From: Chrysemys picta bellii
Lineage: Eukaryota
Length of the DNA stretch: 64,000 bases
Assembly: GCF_011386835.1 (NCBI RefSeq)
Contig: NC_088791.1
Location: 191,332,001-191,396,000, forward strand
Reading direction: 5' to 3'
Made by a program: the position numbers and the translations under genes. The stretch's first letter is position 1, and each line of letters begins with the position of its first letter. The notes under the pieces are model-generated. The model had not been told where the DNA came from. It did not search any database and saw only the letters and a list, made by a program, of their open reading frames with translations. Of the stretch, positions 38,917-50,281 are shown one piece after another.

Positions 38917-39127
38917 AAGCAACAGAGGGTCCTGTGGCACCTTTAAGACTAACAGAAGTATTGGAGCATAAGCTTTCGTGGGTGAATGCCCACTTCATCA
39001 GGCGTCTGATGAAGTGGGCATTCACCCACGAAAGCTTATGCTCCAATACTTCTGTTAGTCTTAAAGGTGCTACAGGACCCTCTGTTGCTTTTTACAGATT
39101 CAGACTAACACGGCTACCCCTCTGATA
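38917..39127 (+). mobile_element. Short Penelope insertion with inverted duplicated tail, inside the DIRS YR
   Basis: 174-bp palindrome 38917-39090, then tacagattcagactaacacggctacccctctgata; ttactaa on both flanks (38912-38918 and 39129-39135). Confidence 0.8.
39002..39041 (+). ncRNA. Minimal hammerhead ribozyme-like motif
   Basis: Stem I GCGT/ATGC; core CTGATGA; stem II GTGGG/CCCAC; GAAA; AGCT palindrome. Confidence 0.62.
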
Positions 39128-40375
39128 TTTACTAACCTTTTTTCCTGAAACCTCACTCTCTAAGATAAGGAAAAACTCTGTACTTGGGACTTTCATAGGG
39201 TGTGTTAGCCTTTTACCTGTTTAGAATGTCTCCTCAAGTATTTGTCTCCTTTGCTGACAGGATGAGGGGGCAACTTTTCACTTTTCAGAGGATTTCTTCC
39301 TGGACCTCCTCTATTCATCTGTGCTATGATATTGCTGAAGTTCCACCATCTCAGAGTTTTAGCATACTCTATGAGAACACAAGCAGCAGTGGCTGCTTTC
39401 TTGGGTCACGTTCCCCATCAGTAAAATTTGCAGGACTGCAACTTGGTCATCTGTACATATGTTCATCACACATTATGCTCCCTTCCAAACCTTGAGGCTA
39501 GATTTGGGAGCATGGTGTTGCAGTCCTTGTTTAAGTAGACTCCGATCTCCTATTCCATCTAGAACTGCATGTGGGTCACCTAAAGTGGAATGGACACGTG
39601 CAAGCAATCGAAGAAGGAAAAAAGGGTTGCATTACCTGTTCAGTAGCTGTTCAAGATGTGTTGCACATGTCCATTCCACAACCCACCCCTCCTTCCCTTC
39701 TATATCAGGAGTCACAGCAAGTACTGGCTTCTGGAGTGAAGTAATTGAGAGAGATGGGTGACTCCACCCCAGTATACTTTTGGCTAGCAGCATGAATGTT
39801 CAGAGAGTGCATGCTCTGCCCTGTTTGGGACCACTATGGGAAACAATTCTCCAGCTTTGGTGCACTGGCGCACACACCCACACCCCCCCCCCCCCCCACA
39901 CACACACACCCTAAAGTGGAATGGACATGTGAAGCACATCTTGAAGAACAAGTTATCAAACAGGGATGTAACAGTTTGGGTGGTGGTTTTTTTGGTTTTG
40001 TTTTTTTTGTTAATAAAAAAAATAGATATATACTTAGGTCATGTTAGAGGTTTACCAAAAATAATAACTTCATCCATAATAGGAGTGTTGTTGTTTTTTC
40101 GTTTGGGTTTTTTTTTTAGAATAGAAGCCTTTAAAGAACTTTAAGTAGTCTTGAAGATCATCTAATTTAGAAAGTTAAATATTAAACCTTATTTGTGAAG
40201 GAAGGGAAAATGTTTTGGAGTGAAGTGTTGCCTACACAGAAGCAATAGGGCAGAAAGCTATGAATATCTAACCTTTGGACAGGTCATATGGCATTACTTT
40301 CATAAAGGTAGATTTTTGCAAATTATACTTTGATTCATCAAGCATTTCCCATTTTTTGAACAACTTCTCCTCCAG

Positions 40376-40542
40376 AATATATTGCCATGTACACATATGA
40401 GAGTTCGGAACAAGGAGACTTAATCTTTCAACAAGGAGATATGATTCTTGTGACAAAAAAAGATGGTGACTGGTGGACAGGAACATTGGGTGACAAATCT
40501 GGAGTCTTTCCTTCTAATTATGTGAGACTGAAAGATTCTGAG
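40376..40542 (+). CDS. ITSN1: ITSN1 exon, SH3C ([16 protein letters not shown]...[14 protein letters not shown])
   Basis: tccag acceptor and GAG|gtaaag donor; 167 nt, phase 1 to 0; ORF 40387..40605. Confidence 0.97.
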
Positions 40543-40738
40543 GTAAAGAGATATGAAACATTACAAAGTCTATCCTTTTTTGTATCTTATTTGTCCACTT
40601 TATAATGTTCATTTGATGATTTCAAGTCAGTGAATCAGATGGAGGGGTTTTTTTATCTTACAACTTTATTGGACATGAAAAAGCATTGTTACAGTGAAGT
40701 TTGAAAGATAAGCCTGTATAAACTACCATGGAGTACCC

Positions 40739-41525
40739 CAATGGTTCTCAACAGGAGGTCCGCGCCCCCCTAGGGGTCCCCAAACCCTTTCGGGGGGCCA
40801 TGGGGCCCCTGTGGCTAAAACCCAGAGCCTGAGCCCCAGCACCCCTCGTGGAGCTGAAGCTGGGAACAGCAGGGCTGAATTCCGAAGCCCCGAGCCCCTG
40901 GGCAGAGTTGGAGAGATATGGGTGTTACACCCCCCACCTCGAAACTACAGTGCAAGAGCAGGGCAGTCCCAGAGAAGGTCCAGCCCCCCTCCACCTCCTT
41001 GTCTCCCCACTCCCTGGCCAGATCAGAGGCGGGAAGCCTTGTCTCCTGCTGCTGCAGGGGGTTGAAGCTGCTCCTCAGCTCCCAGCCCCCTTTGCTCACG
41101 CAATCGGTAAGAGCCGTCTGGGCAGGCAGACCCCGGCTCCCTGGCTGGCAGACCCCTCGGAGAACAGGGACCGCAGGGGAGCCTTCCTGGCACACAGCTG
41201 CTAGCTACCCCCCCTGCCTGCAACCTGAGCTGTTTTTGGACTTTTGAGCTGAGCCCCCCACCTTTTGAGTTACAATTTTTGGTTGCATCCCCCACCCAGA
41301 CAGGCTGACTCGGGGTGGAGGTGGCGTTTCCTTCCCGACCCCGCCGTGCGGAGCTGTCCAGAGTCCCACTGGCCCCTGCCTACCCAAAATAGAAGTCAAA
41401 CTACACCTATTCCTGAGCCCACGACTCCCGGCTGAGAGCCCCCAGTCCCCCCTCCCCGTTGGGCCCTGGAGTTTTTATAGCATGTTGTGGGGGGGCCTCA
41501 GAAAGAAAAAGGTTAAGAACACCTG
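40739..41525. mobile_element. GC-rich non-autonomous hAT (Charlie-like) element
   Basis: TIRs caatggttctcaac / gttaagaacacctg; perfect 8-bp TSD gagtaccc at 40731-40738 and 41526-41533. Confidence 0.88.
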
Positions 41526-43331
41526 GAGTACCCTGTCACTTACTGTTATTAAAGGCCTGTATGATAGTCATGTACAGCCAAATCAGAGGAATTATTGCTG
41601 TTTTCCAGTTAAGTTTTATGACCAAAGAGAATGGGCAGTAAGATATGACTTGAAACAATATAAAAGGGGAAATAGCCTAACATGAAATATTAAGCTTTTC
41701 CTTCCAAAACAAAGTATTGTAATAATGAACCCAAGGGAACAAGCCCAGGAGAAAAATAAGCTTACCTAATAGCCATATTCTGGTGAAGTTAGATTCATAT
41801 CAATTAAATTCCAGAAGTTCTGAAGTTGGATGCACTCCCACCACATGTGTAGGCCCTGAAAGAGGGAATGCTTTTGTCAGTCGTCTGTGTGTGTGTGTGT
41901 CCGGAGAGGACGGGGGTAGTGATTCACTTTTCTTTTCTGGAGATGGTATATTGCATTAAATTTAAGAGATGTTTTTCTCACGCACATTCTCATCTATTTG
42001 AGAATACAGTTGTCATCTATCAGTGGATGTTAGCTGGGTCATTATGCGGTTGTCTATATACACTTAAGTTCCTTCTTGCAACAAGATGAGAAATATAATG
42101 TATTCTACTGATTTATTGCACTTCTCTTCAAAATAAAAATATTATGGTCAAGACTCTAAAAAATGGGGGTCTAAATTTAGCCTTCTAAACTCTTATTTGG
42201 ATTGGATTTAGGTGTCTAAGGATTTAGGAGCCTAACTTTAGGTGCACATTTTTTTAAATCTTGACAGCTGTGTTAATGAGCTATAACTGTCTGTGGATTG
42301 TATATGTGAAATATTAGCGCTTGTGTAGTCATCGTTTAACCTTTTTGACTTTTGGGAAAGATTGAAGAGTGATACTTTTTATCAGTAGTATAGTATGTAG
42401 ATACTTAAAGGGCACTCATCCTTTCAATTAAAATAGAAAATACAGTAATCTCTTCTGTGATAGAGCTCCAAAACACTCTGGTTATGGTAGTGCAATGTTT
42501 TGGGCCACTTTTGCAGTACTGTAATAGCTCTTTCAGAAAGCATCTTCCTCTAAGACTTGTCTCAATGCAGCAAATTCTTCATTAAGAATCAGTTTAGAAG
42601 ATGTAGATTAGAAAACTTGTATTTTTGTAAATATATTGTTTATATCCCTGTTATGCTGTTGGGAGAGCTAATTTAGTAGATTAAAGGATAAATCTAATCT
42701 CAACTGTTCATTATTTATGCAGTGCACTTTAAGAACAAATAAAACATGGTCCTGTTCTTGGATCTTAAAACTTAATGTTGGATATAACACAAGTGATAGC
42801 AGCATGGGGGGAGAGCAGAAGAGGGGTGAAGGCTTCAATAATATTACGACGTTATTTTTTTACATTTTTCCAGCATTCAGAGGTACTGTTTTTCTGGGCA
42901 GACTTTCAATAACTCTGATGTGCAATAGGATTTTTGGATTTTCAGAGGTTGGTTCTCCATCTAGTTTAGCAGGAGCAATTTCGCCCGCTGTGAACTCTGA
43001 CTTAGATTGTATTATCATCTTCCCTTTAGATTGATGGGGTTCATGGACGGTCACACAGCGGGAAACCTTCCCAGATTCTCCAAACTGAAAACACTCTTTC
43101 CTGCCTAAACTAGTGAAGATGTTTGTTTTTAATTATTCATTACTCACTATTCCAGATAATATTTGGGGTGGCAATCCATCTGAGAATTGCTACAAGGATA
43201 GATCCCTCTAGGACAGTCACTAACTATTCAGAGCCTTCTTTTGGAAAATGCTGTAGCAAAGCCATTTTGGTAGTCAGGAGAAATAAACATATGAACGTGT
43301 GTAAATTTTATATTTGCCTTTTTATTTTAAG

Positions 43332-43377
43332 GTCCCTGGAACTGCTGGAAAAACAGGAAGTTTAGGGAAGAAACCTG
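43332..43377 (+). CDS. ITSN1: ITSN1 46-nt exon, SH3C-SH3D linker (VPGTAGKTGSLGKKP)
   Basis: ttttaag acceptor and G|gtgagt donor; phase 0 to 1; resembles human GSGTAGKTGSLGKKP as recalled. Confidence 0.93.
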
Positions 43378-44608
43378 GTGAGTTACACAGTGTGGCAACA
43401 TTTTATTTCTCCGTGTGCTAAAGGATATATTTGCTTCTAACAAAGAGTAAGAAACTTAAATAGGAATGAAGTCTCCTTTGTAACAATTTAATAAGTTGCT
43501 CATTCTTATTCTTCCCTCTTTCCCTATGTATAGCCCAGTATGTTGCTACCCTTCTTTAAACATTTACATTTGCTTTAGGGTATTGTACAGCATCCATCAC
43601 GGCAGTATCCAAGCACCATGTTACAAAACTTCCCAAAAAAATGTTGCCTGAAAGTGAATGTAAATTCACACAACTTGGGGATGGTGCATATAACAGGGCA
43701 GTTGATCCATGAGGATTGTGCAGTTTTATGTACGTGTCTGATAAACATTGTGGTGAAGTACACATCCCACTTCAGGTTGTGGCATTCTGCCTGGAATCCT
43801 GCATAATTTACTTGCCACAAAACTGAGGGTTGGCCCTGTATATTGCTCAGCATGGAGGTTTCAGTGTTCCTAAATGCCCAGCCAACAGGAATGTTTTCAC
43901 TACTTTCTCTAAATAAAGGAGCAGCAAGAAGACTGGGCATTCTTGGCAGAAACTGGTAGTAGGTGGGGGCACAGGGACAGCTATTTTCTGAATTTTCAGA
44001 AGCAATACAAAACTGATTACAGATGTGTCAATGTTTATACAGAGAAGGATTTTATGTCTTCATGCTGTATACACACTATGCTAAAAGGGGCCTAACTTTC
44101 CTGAGCTGGCTTGTGATTCTGTTGGAATTCTTCCCATCAGAGTTCAACACTCAGAAATAATAAAGAATATATTCAGAATGCAATAGAGCTATTTGTTTAT
44201 TTTCTGAAAGATTTCTAAGCCCTGATCTACACTACGAGTTTAGGTCAAATTTAGCAGTGCTAGGTCCAGGATTAAATTGATCTGTCCACACGCCGAAGCC
44301 ATTTTTATCGACTTAAAGGGCTCTTAAAATCGATTTCTGAACTCCTCCCCGACGAGGGGATTAGCGCTAAAATCAACATCGCCGGGTCGAATTTGGGGTA
44401 GTATGGACGCAATTCGACAGTATTGGCCTCCCGGAGCTATCCCAGAGTGCTCCATTCTGACCGCTCTGGACAGCACTCTCAATTCAGATGCACTGGCCAG
44501 GTAAACAGGAAAAAGCTCCGGGAACTTTTGAATTTCATTTCCTGTTTGGCCAGCATGGCGAGCTGATCAGCACGGGTGACCATGCAGAGCTAATCAGCAC
44601 GGGTGACC

Positions 44609-46032
44609 ATGCAGTCCCAGAATAGCAAAATAGCTCCAGCATGGACTGAACGGGAGGTACTGGATCTGATAGCTGTTTGGGGAGATGAATCTGTTCCAAA
44701 AGACGAAATGCCAAAATATTTGAAAAAAATCTCTAAGGGCATGATGGACAGAGGCTACAACAGCAGCAGTGCCACGTGAAAATTAAGGAGCTCAGGCAAG
44801 CCAACCAAAAAGCCAAAGAGGCAAACGGACGCTCTGAGTCAGAGCCCCAGACGTGCCGCTTCTATGATGAGCTGCATGCAATTCTAGGGGGGGGGCCACG
44901 ACTACCCACCCCTTTCCGTGGACACCTGCAAGGGGGGAGTCTCACGCAACAGGGATGAGGATTTTGGGGATGAGGAAGATGAGCTGGAGGAGGAGGAGGA
45001 TAGCACAAGCGGAGAAACCATTCTCCCTGACCACCAGGAACTGTTTATCACCCTGGCGCCAATACCCTCCCAAAGCGGCTCACTGACTATGAAGCCAGAG
45101 AAGGTACCTCTGGTGAGTGTACCTTTGTAAATATAATGCATGGTTTAAAAGCAAGCGTGTTTAATTATTAATTTTCCCGAAGACTGGATGCATTCGTGGC
45201 CAGTACAGCCCCTCCTTTTTAAATGGCCAACCCAACAGGTGCTTGGTATGGGAAAGCAGGGCGCTGCTATTTGAAACCATTCCCACATGTTATGAAGATT
45301 GAAGAAGCCGAAAGACTGTGGCTTACCATAGCTTCCTGCAAGCTGAATTCAGTTGCCCAGCCATTCGTGTGCGATCTCTCACACCAAACTGGAAGGCCCT
45401 CAATATAAGAGGCAAAATGCGACCTTGTACCGAAAGCACATGTGCTATGTAATGTTAACAGCTTGGTTCACCGTGAAAGAGTCAACCCATTGTTCTCTAA
45501 AATGTGTCTTCTTAAATACTACTCTCCCTTTTTTCCTCCTGCAGCTGCAAATGTTTCAACACTCCCCCTATCATCTCCGTCCCAAAGGCTAGCACAGATA
45601 AGAAGGCAAAAAAAATGCACTCGCGATGAAATGTTCTCTTAGCTCATGCAATCCTCCTGCACTGAAAATGCTCAGCAGAATGCATGGAGGCAAGCAATGT
45701 CAGAGTCCAGGAAAGCAGAAAATGAATGCAAGGACAGGAGCGATGAGCGAGAGGAGAGGTGGCGGCAGCGTGATGAGAGGAGGCAGGATGCAATGCTGAG
45801 GCTACTGGGGGATCAAACTGATATGCTCCGGCGTCTGGTGGAGCTGCAGGAAATGCAGCAGGAGCACAGACCGCTGCTGCAGCCCCTGTGTAACTGCCTG
45901 CCCTTCTCCCCAAGTTCCATAGCCTCCTCACCCAGATGCCTAAGAATGCTGGGGGGCCCCCTCTGGGCACCCAACCACTCCACCCCACAGGACTGCCCAA
46001 ACAACAGAAACCTGGCATTCAATAAGTTTTGA
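44609..46032 (+). pseudogene. Harbinger Myb/SANT-like DNA-binding gene remnant, two exons (44609-45112; 45545-46032)
   Basis: MQSQNSKIAPAWTEREVLDLIAVWGDES, KIKELRQ and TCRFYDELHAILGG; donor CTG|gtgagt, acceptor ctgcag; stops and frameshifts. Confidence 0.8.
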
Positions 46033-46169
46033 AGTGCAGTGTGGCCTTGTCCTTCCCTCTACCCTCATCCATCACCCCAATCGGTGCTTCCCTCCTCACC
46101 CACCCCTCCTGGGCTACCTTGGCAGTTATCCCCTTATTTGTGTGATGAATTAATAAAGAATGCATGATT

Positions 46170-47510
46170 TTGAAACAATAATGACTTTATTGCCTCTGCA
46201 AGCGGTGATCGAAGGGGGGAGGGCAGTTGGCTTACAGGGAAGTAGAGTGAACCAAGGGGGCAGGTTTTCATCAAGGAGAAACAAACAGAACTGTCACACT
46301 GTAACCTGGCCAGTCATGAAACTGGTTTTCAAAGCTTCTCTGATGTGCAGTGCGCCCGCTGCGCTCTTCTAATCACCCTTGTGTCTGACTGCGCATAATC
46401 AGCGACCAGGCGATTTGCCTCAACCTTCCACCCTGCCATAAACGTCTCCCCCTTACTCTCTCAGGTATTGTGGAGCACACAGCAAGCAGCAATAACAGTT
46501 GGAATATTGGTTTTGCTGAGGTCTAACAGAGTCAGTAAACTGCTCCACTGCACTTTTAAATGTCCAAATGCACATTCTTCCACCATTTTGCACTTGCTCA
46601 GCATATAGTTGAATAGCTCCTTACTACTGTCCAGGATGCCTGTGTATGGCTTCATGAGCCCTGGCATTAAGGGGAAGGCTGGGTCCCCAAGGATAACTAT
46701 AGGTATTTCAACGTCCCCAACAGTTATTTTCTGGTTTGGGAAGTAAGTCCCTTCCTGCAGCTGTTCAAACAGACCAGAGTTCCTGAAGATGCGAGTGTCA
46801 TGTACCTTTCCCGGCCATCCCACGTTGATGTCGGTGAAACGTCCCTTGTGATCCACCAGTGCTTGCAGCACCATTAGAAAAGTACCCCTTGTGGTTTATG
46901 TACTGGCTCCCAAGGTGGTCCGGTCCCAAGATAGGGATATGCGTTCCGTCTATCGCCCCACCACAGTTAGGGAATCCCATTGCAGCAAAGCCATCCACTA
47001 TGAGCTGCACATTTCCCAGAGTCACTACCCTTCATAGCAGCAGCTCAGTGATTGCGTTGGCTACTTGGATCACAGCAGCCCCCACAGTAGATTTACCCAC
47101 TCCAAATTGATTACCGACTGACTAGTAGCTGTCTGGCGTTGGAAGCTTCCACAGGGCTATCGCCACTCGCTTCTCAACTGTGAGGGCTGCTCTCATTTTG
47201 GTACTCTTGCACTTCCAGGCAGGGGAAAGCGAGTCACAAAGTTCCATGAAAGTGCCCTTACGCATGCAAAAGTTTTGCAGCCACTGGGAATCATCCTAGA
47301 CCTGCAACACTATGTAGTCTCACCAGTCTGTGCTTGTTTCCGGGCCCAGAATTGGCGTTCCACAGCATGAACCTGCCCCATCGCACTGTCGTCGCCTCCT
47401 CGCGTGCTTTTGCAGGTTCTGGTTCTGCACATACTGTAGGATAATGCACGAGGTGTTTACAATACTCACAACAGCAGCTGTGAGCTGAGCAGGCTCCATG
47501 CTTGCCGTGG
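46170..47510 (-). pseudogene. Harbinger DDE transposase remnant
   Basis: FPNCGGAIDGTHIPI, LVDHKGRFTDINVGWPGKVHD, LGDPAFPL, ECAFGHLK and ACCVLHN. Confidence 0.93.
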
Positions 47511-48499
47511 TATGGGGTCTGAAGGAGAGCAGGAAAGCAGAGTTGCAGCAGAATCGGTGGATGACGACGGATGCCACGGGAATAGATATTTATACCGAAC
47601 GACAAGAGGACCTGCAAAGTGGATTCATAGCACCAGGAAAGCAGAGTTACAGCGGAATCGGTGGATGATGACGGATGCCTGTTTTTAATGCCAAAGCTGT
47701 CTTCAGATTTGGAAAGTGTTGTCGGGTATTTGATATGGGTGAACAGAATTGCGGGGATAGCATAATGTGTTCAGTTAACATAACTTCCCTATATATATAA
47801 TGTGTGTGTATTATATTAATACTGTACACATAATACCCATTAATGTGGTGTATACTATGCCTAACATATGTATTGGCTAATAGCCTCAAACAGCCTCTGG
47901 TTAGGCTCTGTCCCCAGCCAGCCTTTCCTTCACAGGGCTAGCTCAAGAGGTCAAATCCTCTCTGTCAGCCACCACTGAGCCAAGCTTTTCCTCTATCTCT
48001 TCCTTCCAGGTGTGACATCTTGCAAGGGTGTAAGCGGGTGGGGCTGATTGGGCCCTCAGGCTCTCATTAACCCCTTCTTGGTCATTGTAGGAGCTGTCTC
48101 TCTTTTCTGCTGACTCTCCAAATGCCAGTGTGGCTGGGGCAGGTTATGTTAGGCCATCCCAAGACTAAGACTGTTCTGTGCAGAAATGGCTTTTCATGCA
48201 AACACTGTGTCACAAATAATACAACACAAAATATGCCTCTTGAAAACTCACAAAAATATTGCACCAAAAATAAATGTCTTAATCTAGGCACGCTTAATCT
48301 CAAACAAAAGGCAGACTCAGTACACTTCCTGGGAGACCTAATCAGCCTAACCCAGTTACCACATCACCTAGCTAGTCCCCAGTCTTATTCTAGCCATTGC
48401 CAAGTAAAAACTGCCTCTGTCTCCAGCCTGTAGAACAAAACACACACACACAAAAAACCCCACTCAAAACCTGCCCGGGAAAAAGCTTCCCACTGAGCT

Positions 48500-50010
48500 C
48501 CCATCATTAGAGACCGTCATCTGTGAGCTATCTGGGGCTCTTAAATCCTCCTATTACTCCACCCCAATTAGGCCTAAAAAGATCTCCTGTGCAAATGCCC
48601 CTTAGTTCCTTTGGCTCATAGGTGGCTACTCAATCACAGCCACATCAAAGACCTAGCATGTCAAAAACTAAACTCTCAAATCCTCTTCCACTGTTGACAA
48701 CTCCACTATCCTCAGTTTACCACTGGGTCCCAATTGTTGTAATATTTAACACCACCTCCCTCTTTCTTACGTGAGTCCTGTCACTAAATCCTGCCTTGAT
48801 TTATTTTCCAAAACGTTCATTTCCTATCTACTTCCATTGTGACAACATTTTTGCAGGGTTTGATTGTTGCAAGCCTTTCTCTCTGGCCTCCCGTAAACAT
48901 GTTTTCCCCTGAGAAGTTTGTCCAAATAAGTGCCACCAAAAATATTCCTTGCAAAATGCTTCCATCGTTGTCAATCTCTCATTATTGTCACTGGCTTTCT
49001 GTTGCCTCCCTTAATCAAACTAATCTTTGTTCTTGATTTCAAAACTCTCCACAACATACTTCTCTGCTCTTGTCAGGGCCGGCTCCAGCTTTTCTGCTGC
49101 CCCAACCGGCAAAAAAAAAAGAACGGCAGCACTTTGGCGGCAGCTCAATTGTGCCACTTCTTCTACCGCAGTTCGGTGGCGGGTCCTTCCTCTCTTCCTC
49201 TTCTGCTATTCAGCAGCAGCTCAAAGAGGAAGAGGGAGAATGAGGGACCCACCACCGAAGACCCGGACGTGCCGCCCCGATACCAGACGGAGTGCCACTC
49301 CTTTGAATTGGCCTCCCCAAGCACCTGCTTCCTACTCTGGTGCCTGGAGCCGGCCCTGACTCTTGTATCCTTTTGTTCCACTCAGTCCTCCTTTAGCCCA
49401 TACTAGTGCTCTCTCTGTCAACCTCCTCCTTCTGCTGTTGTGTACAATGTTGCCAACTCTCACAATATTTGATTATTTTATGTAGGCCTCAGCTCTTGGA
49501 GCCATGTGATTGTGAGGCTCTCAGAGTTTTCTAAGTTTCTACCTTTAAAATATGAATGCTACAGGTTCAAAATCCACAAGGCAAATTAAAAAAAACCCAA
49601 ACGCTATTCTTTAAAATCTTATGATTTTGGGGGGCTTGACTCATGATGTTTGAACCCTTGAGGTTGTCAATTCAGTTTTTCATGTAAATCCCTATACCTG
49701 GAACTCCCTCTCTGACTCCTATCTGCCACACCTCCAACCTCTCCTTCTTGAGGTCTTTTCTCAAAATGTACTACTTCTGGTAGCCAGGAAGACTATAGTC
49801 CTAAATAAATAAATAAAGTGGTGTGTGACCCTCATGATAAACACTACTTCCCAAGTGACTGTAGAATCTTCACTCTAACCTGCACCAACCCACCCCGTAC
49901 TATTGTCTTCACACATCATTCTGTTCCTAATTTATGTGTGAACTCTTTTGGGGCAAGGCTCTGATATATGGTAAACTGCCGTCCATATCTGTGGTACAGC
50001 ATAAATAGAA
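48500..50010 (+). mobile_element. Ancient L2-like LINE fragments
   Basis: CT-rich degraded RT-region sequence and an L2-like 3' end (gtgaactcttttggggcaagg...aataaa); recognised by eye only. Confidence 0.35.
49074..49358. mobile_element. hAT MITE
   Basis: Perfect 15-bp TIR cagggccggctccag / ctggagccggccctg; TSD gctcttgt/actcttgt. Confidence 0.88.
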
Positions 50011-50159
50011 AATAAAACCAATTTGATGGTAAGAAGTGCATAGTGGACATACTGTACTCATGAGATATGGCACAGTAAATATTGCATGCTAAACTTGGGT
50101 AGTGGTTCCATTTTTCAGATTAACAGTAAATGGAATTTTTTTCTCTTTCTATTTAACAG

Positions 50160-50281
50160 AAATTGCCCAAGTTATTGCCTCTTACACAGCAACAGGACCT
50201 GAACAACTTACCCTGGCTCCTGGTCAACTGATACTCATCAGAAAGAAGAATCCAGGTGGATGGTGGGAAGGAGAGCTCCAA
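50160..50281 (+). CDS. ITSN1: ITSN1 exon, first half of SH3D ([41 protein letters not shown])
   Basis: aacag acceptor and CAA|gttagt donor; 122 nt; ORF 50102..50416. Confidence 0.96.

Larger units (their letters stand above)
33258..39976 (+). mobile_element. Older DIRS-like retrotransposon (second family), heavily degraded, with nested insertions
   Basis: Left repeat tcaagtgcttgcacatgtccattccactttagg; gag start MHKSLGFKR; RT YPYLDD at about 37673; YR KVVFLVAITSTRRVTE; ICR about 39577-39680; inverted right repeat to about 39976. Confidence 0.82.
44219..47679. mobile_element. PIF/Harbinger transposon with convergent Myb/SANT gene (+) and DDE transposase (-); right end missing
   Basis: taa followed by TIR gccctgatctacactac; both genes recognisable; no right TIR found. 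Confidence 0.9.

Noticed and set aside
40811-41399. GC-rich ORF cluster that could be a CpG-island promoter
   Set aside because: It lies wholly inside a hAT element with TIRs and a perfect 8-bp TSD.
44561-44614. 27-bp tandem duplication creating an ATG-CAG-AGC-TAA micro-uORF before the Myb gene
   Set aside because: It is inside a dead transposon and there is no evidence of function.
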